Source: Promethearchaeota archaeon
GTDB taxonomy: Archaea > Asgardarchaeota > Lokiarchaeia > Sigyniarchaeales > SOKP01
Assembly: GCA_016930515.1 (NCBI GenBank)
Contig: JAFGGO010000122.1
Coordinates: 1 to 37,314, forward strand
Reading direction: 5' to 3'
DNA: 37,314 bases
A model generated the notes under the pieces. The model worked only from the letters and a program-made list of their open reading frames with translations. It was not told the DNA's origin and did not search any database. Positions 36,548-37,314 of this stretch are shown piece by piece. Both the position numbers and the translations under genes were made by a program. Every line of letters starts with the position of its first letter. The first letter of the stretch is position 1.

Positions 36548-37282
36548 TTACTTTTCAAATGCTTTCTTTATAATCAAAGATATGGTCTCTTCGAATTCTT
36601 GGGTTTCAAGAATGACTTTGAACGAAAGATCGCTTGAAGTCAGTAACTTTTGAAAATACTTTCCCCAATACTCGCTATAACGACGGTTTTGGTGGTGTTT
36701 AAAGATCATGTGATATTCGTCCTCACTTTCCTTGATGACATCTATCTTGTAGAACCAATTTGCCATGACCCATATTACTTTTATTGCCTCTAATATTTCT
36801 GGTAGCGTCAAATTCTTTATGGGTTTTTCAGTATACCAGAGAATGATGTCAAACCCCACATTTTTTTTTTGAGGTTTATCCAGCCGTTCTTCTGGAGCGG
36901 CGGCGGCAGCTATGAGTTGATCAAAAGTAGTTCGTCCGATAAGCATCATGTTCATTTCATCGCGCGCGTGAAGCCATAAATCTTTCATTTCTGGTTTATC
37001 CGATTCGAGTTTAGCGAAAGCGTAAAGTGCTTTTTCAATGAGTTTCATTGCCTTTCCTCCGTGATCCTTTTTCATATTAGCGACAATTGCTTTAATGTCC
37101 GCTGGCATTGATTTATATTCGTCGTAAAGCTTGATGGCGTCTTCAATTATTTGCGATATGGTAAGTTTACCCACATCCTTATGCTTGTCAATAATTGCTC
37201 TCGTTTCGTCAGATACTTTTACATAAATGCTTTTTCCCTTAGAATCTTTATCTGAATTCGATTCGTCCTCGCTATTTGCCAT
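36548..37282 (-). CDS. Ribbon-helix-helix (CopG-like) transcriptional regulator with C-terminal putative ligand-binding (V4R-like) domain
   Basis: KSIYVKVSDETRAIIDKHKDVGKLTISQIIEDAIKLY is an RHH pattern. ATG 37282 is likely; the track starts at 37291. Confidence 0.65.
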   Translation of the reverse strand: MANSEDESNSDKDSKGKSIYVKVSDETRAIIDKHKDVGKLTISQIIEDAIKLYDEYKSMPADIKAIVANMKKDHGGKAMKLIEKALYAFAKLESDKPEMKDLWLHARDEMNMMLIGRTTFDQLIAAAAAPEERLDKPQKKNVGFDIILWYTEKPIKNLTLPEILEAIKVIWVMANWFYKIDVIKESEDEYHMIFKHHQNRRYSEYWGKYFQKLLTSSDLSFKVILETQEFEETISLIIKKAFEK

Positions 37283-37314
37283 ATTAATCAATCTTTTGTA
37301 TTTTAAATATATAA

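Overview
AT-rich, gene-dense archaeal window. The protein content points to an Asgard archaeon, most likely Lokiarchaeia: roadblock, longin/uDENN-like proteins, a multi-PAS kinase and the archaeal modified mevalonate pathway. This taxonomy is an inference. The left third (1-11.9 kb) is an unusually complete isoprenoid/lipid cluster: geranylgeranyl reductase, fni, ipk, mvk, both AcnX-type phosphomevalonate dehydratase subunits, a UbiD-type decarboxylase, an extended HMG-CoA synthase with a probable DUF35-like C-terminal fusion, and a divergent uppS. Next comes a three-gene + strand unit (helical-repeat protein, GCS2-fold carboxylate-amine ligase, amidohydrolase), then an orphan 7xPAS-GAF histidine kinase. 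The right half is rich in eukaryote-signature-like proteins: a uDENN/longin-coiled-coil protein, a roadblock protein, a possible mu-homology-like beta-sandwich protein with an acidic HeH insert, and a tightly coupled operon of surface membrane protein + longin-tandem winged-helix (NPRL2-like architecture) protein + TrmB-coiled-coil regulator. The best candidates for an undescribed system are that last operon (29.3-33.8 kb) and the ligase/hydrolase unit (12.0-17.3 kb). No rRNA, tRNA, CRISPR array or mobile element was recognised. All domain calls are by-eye motif recognition, not database searches.
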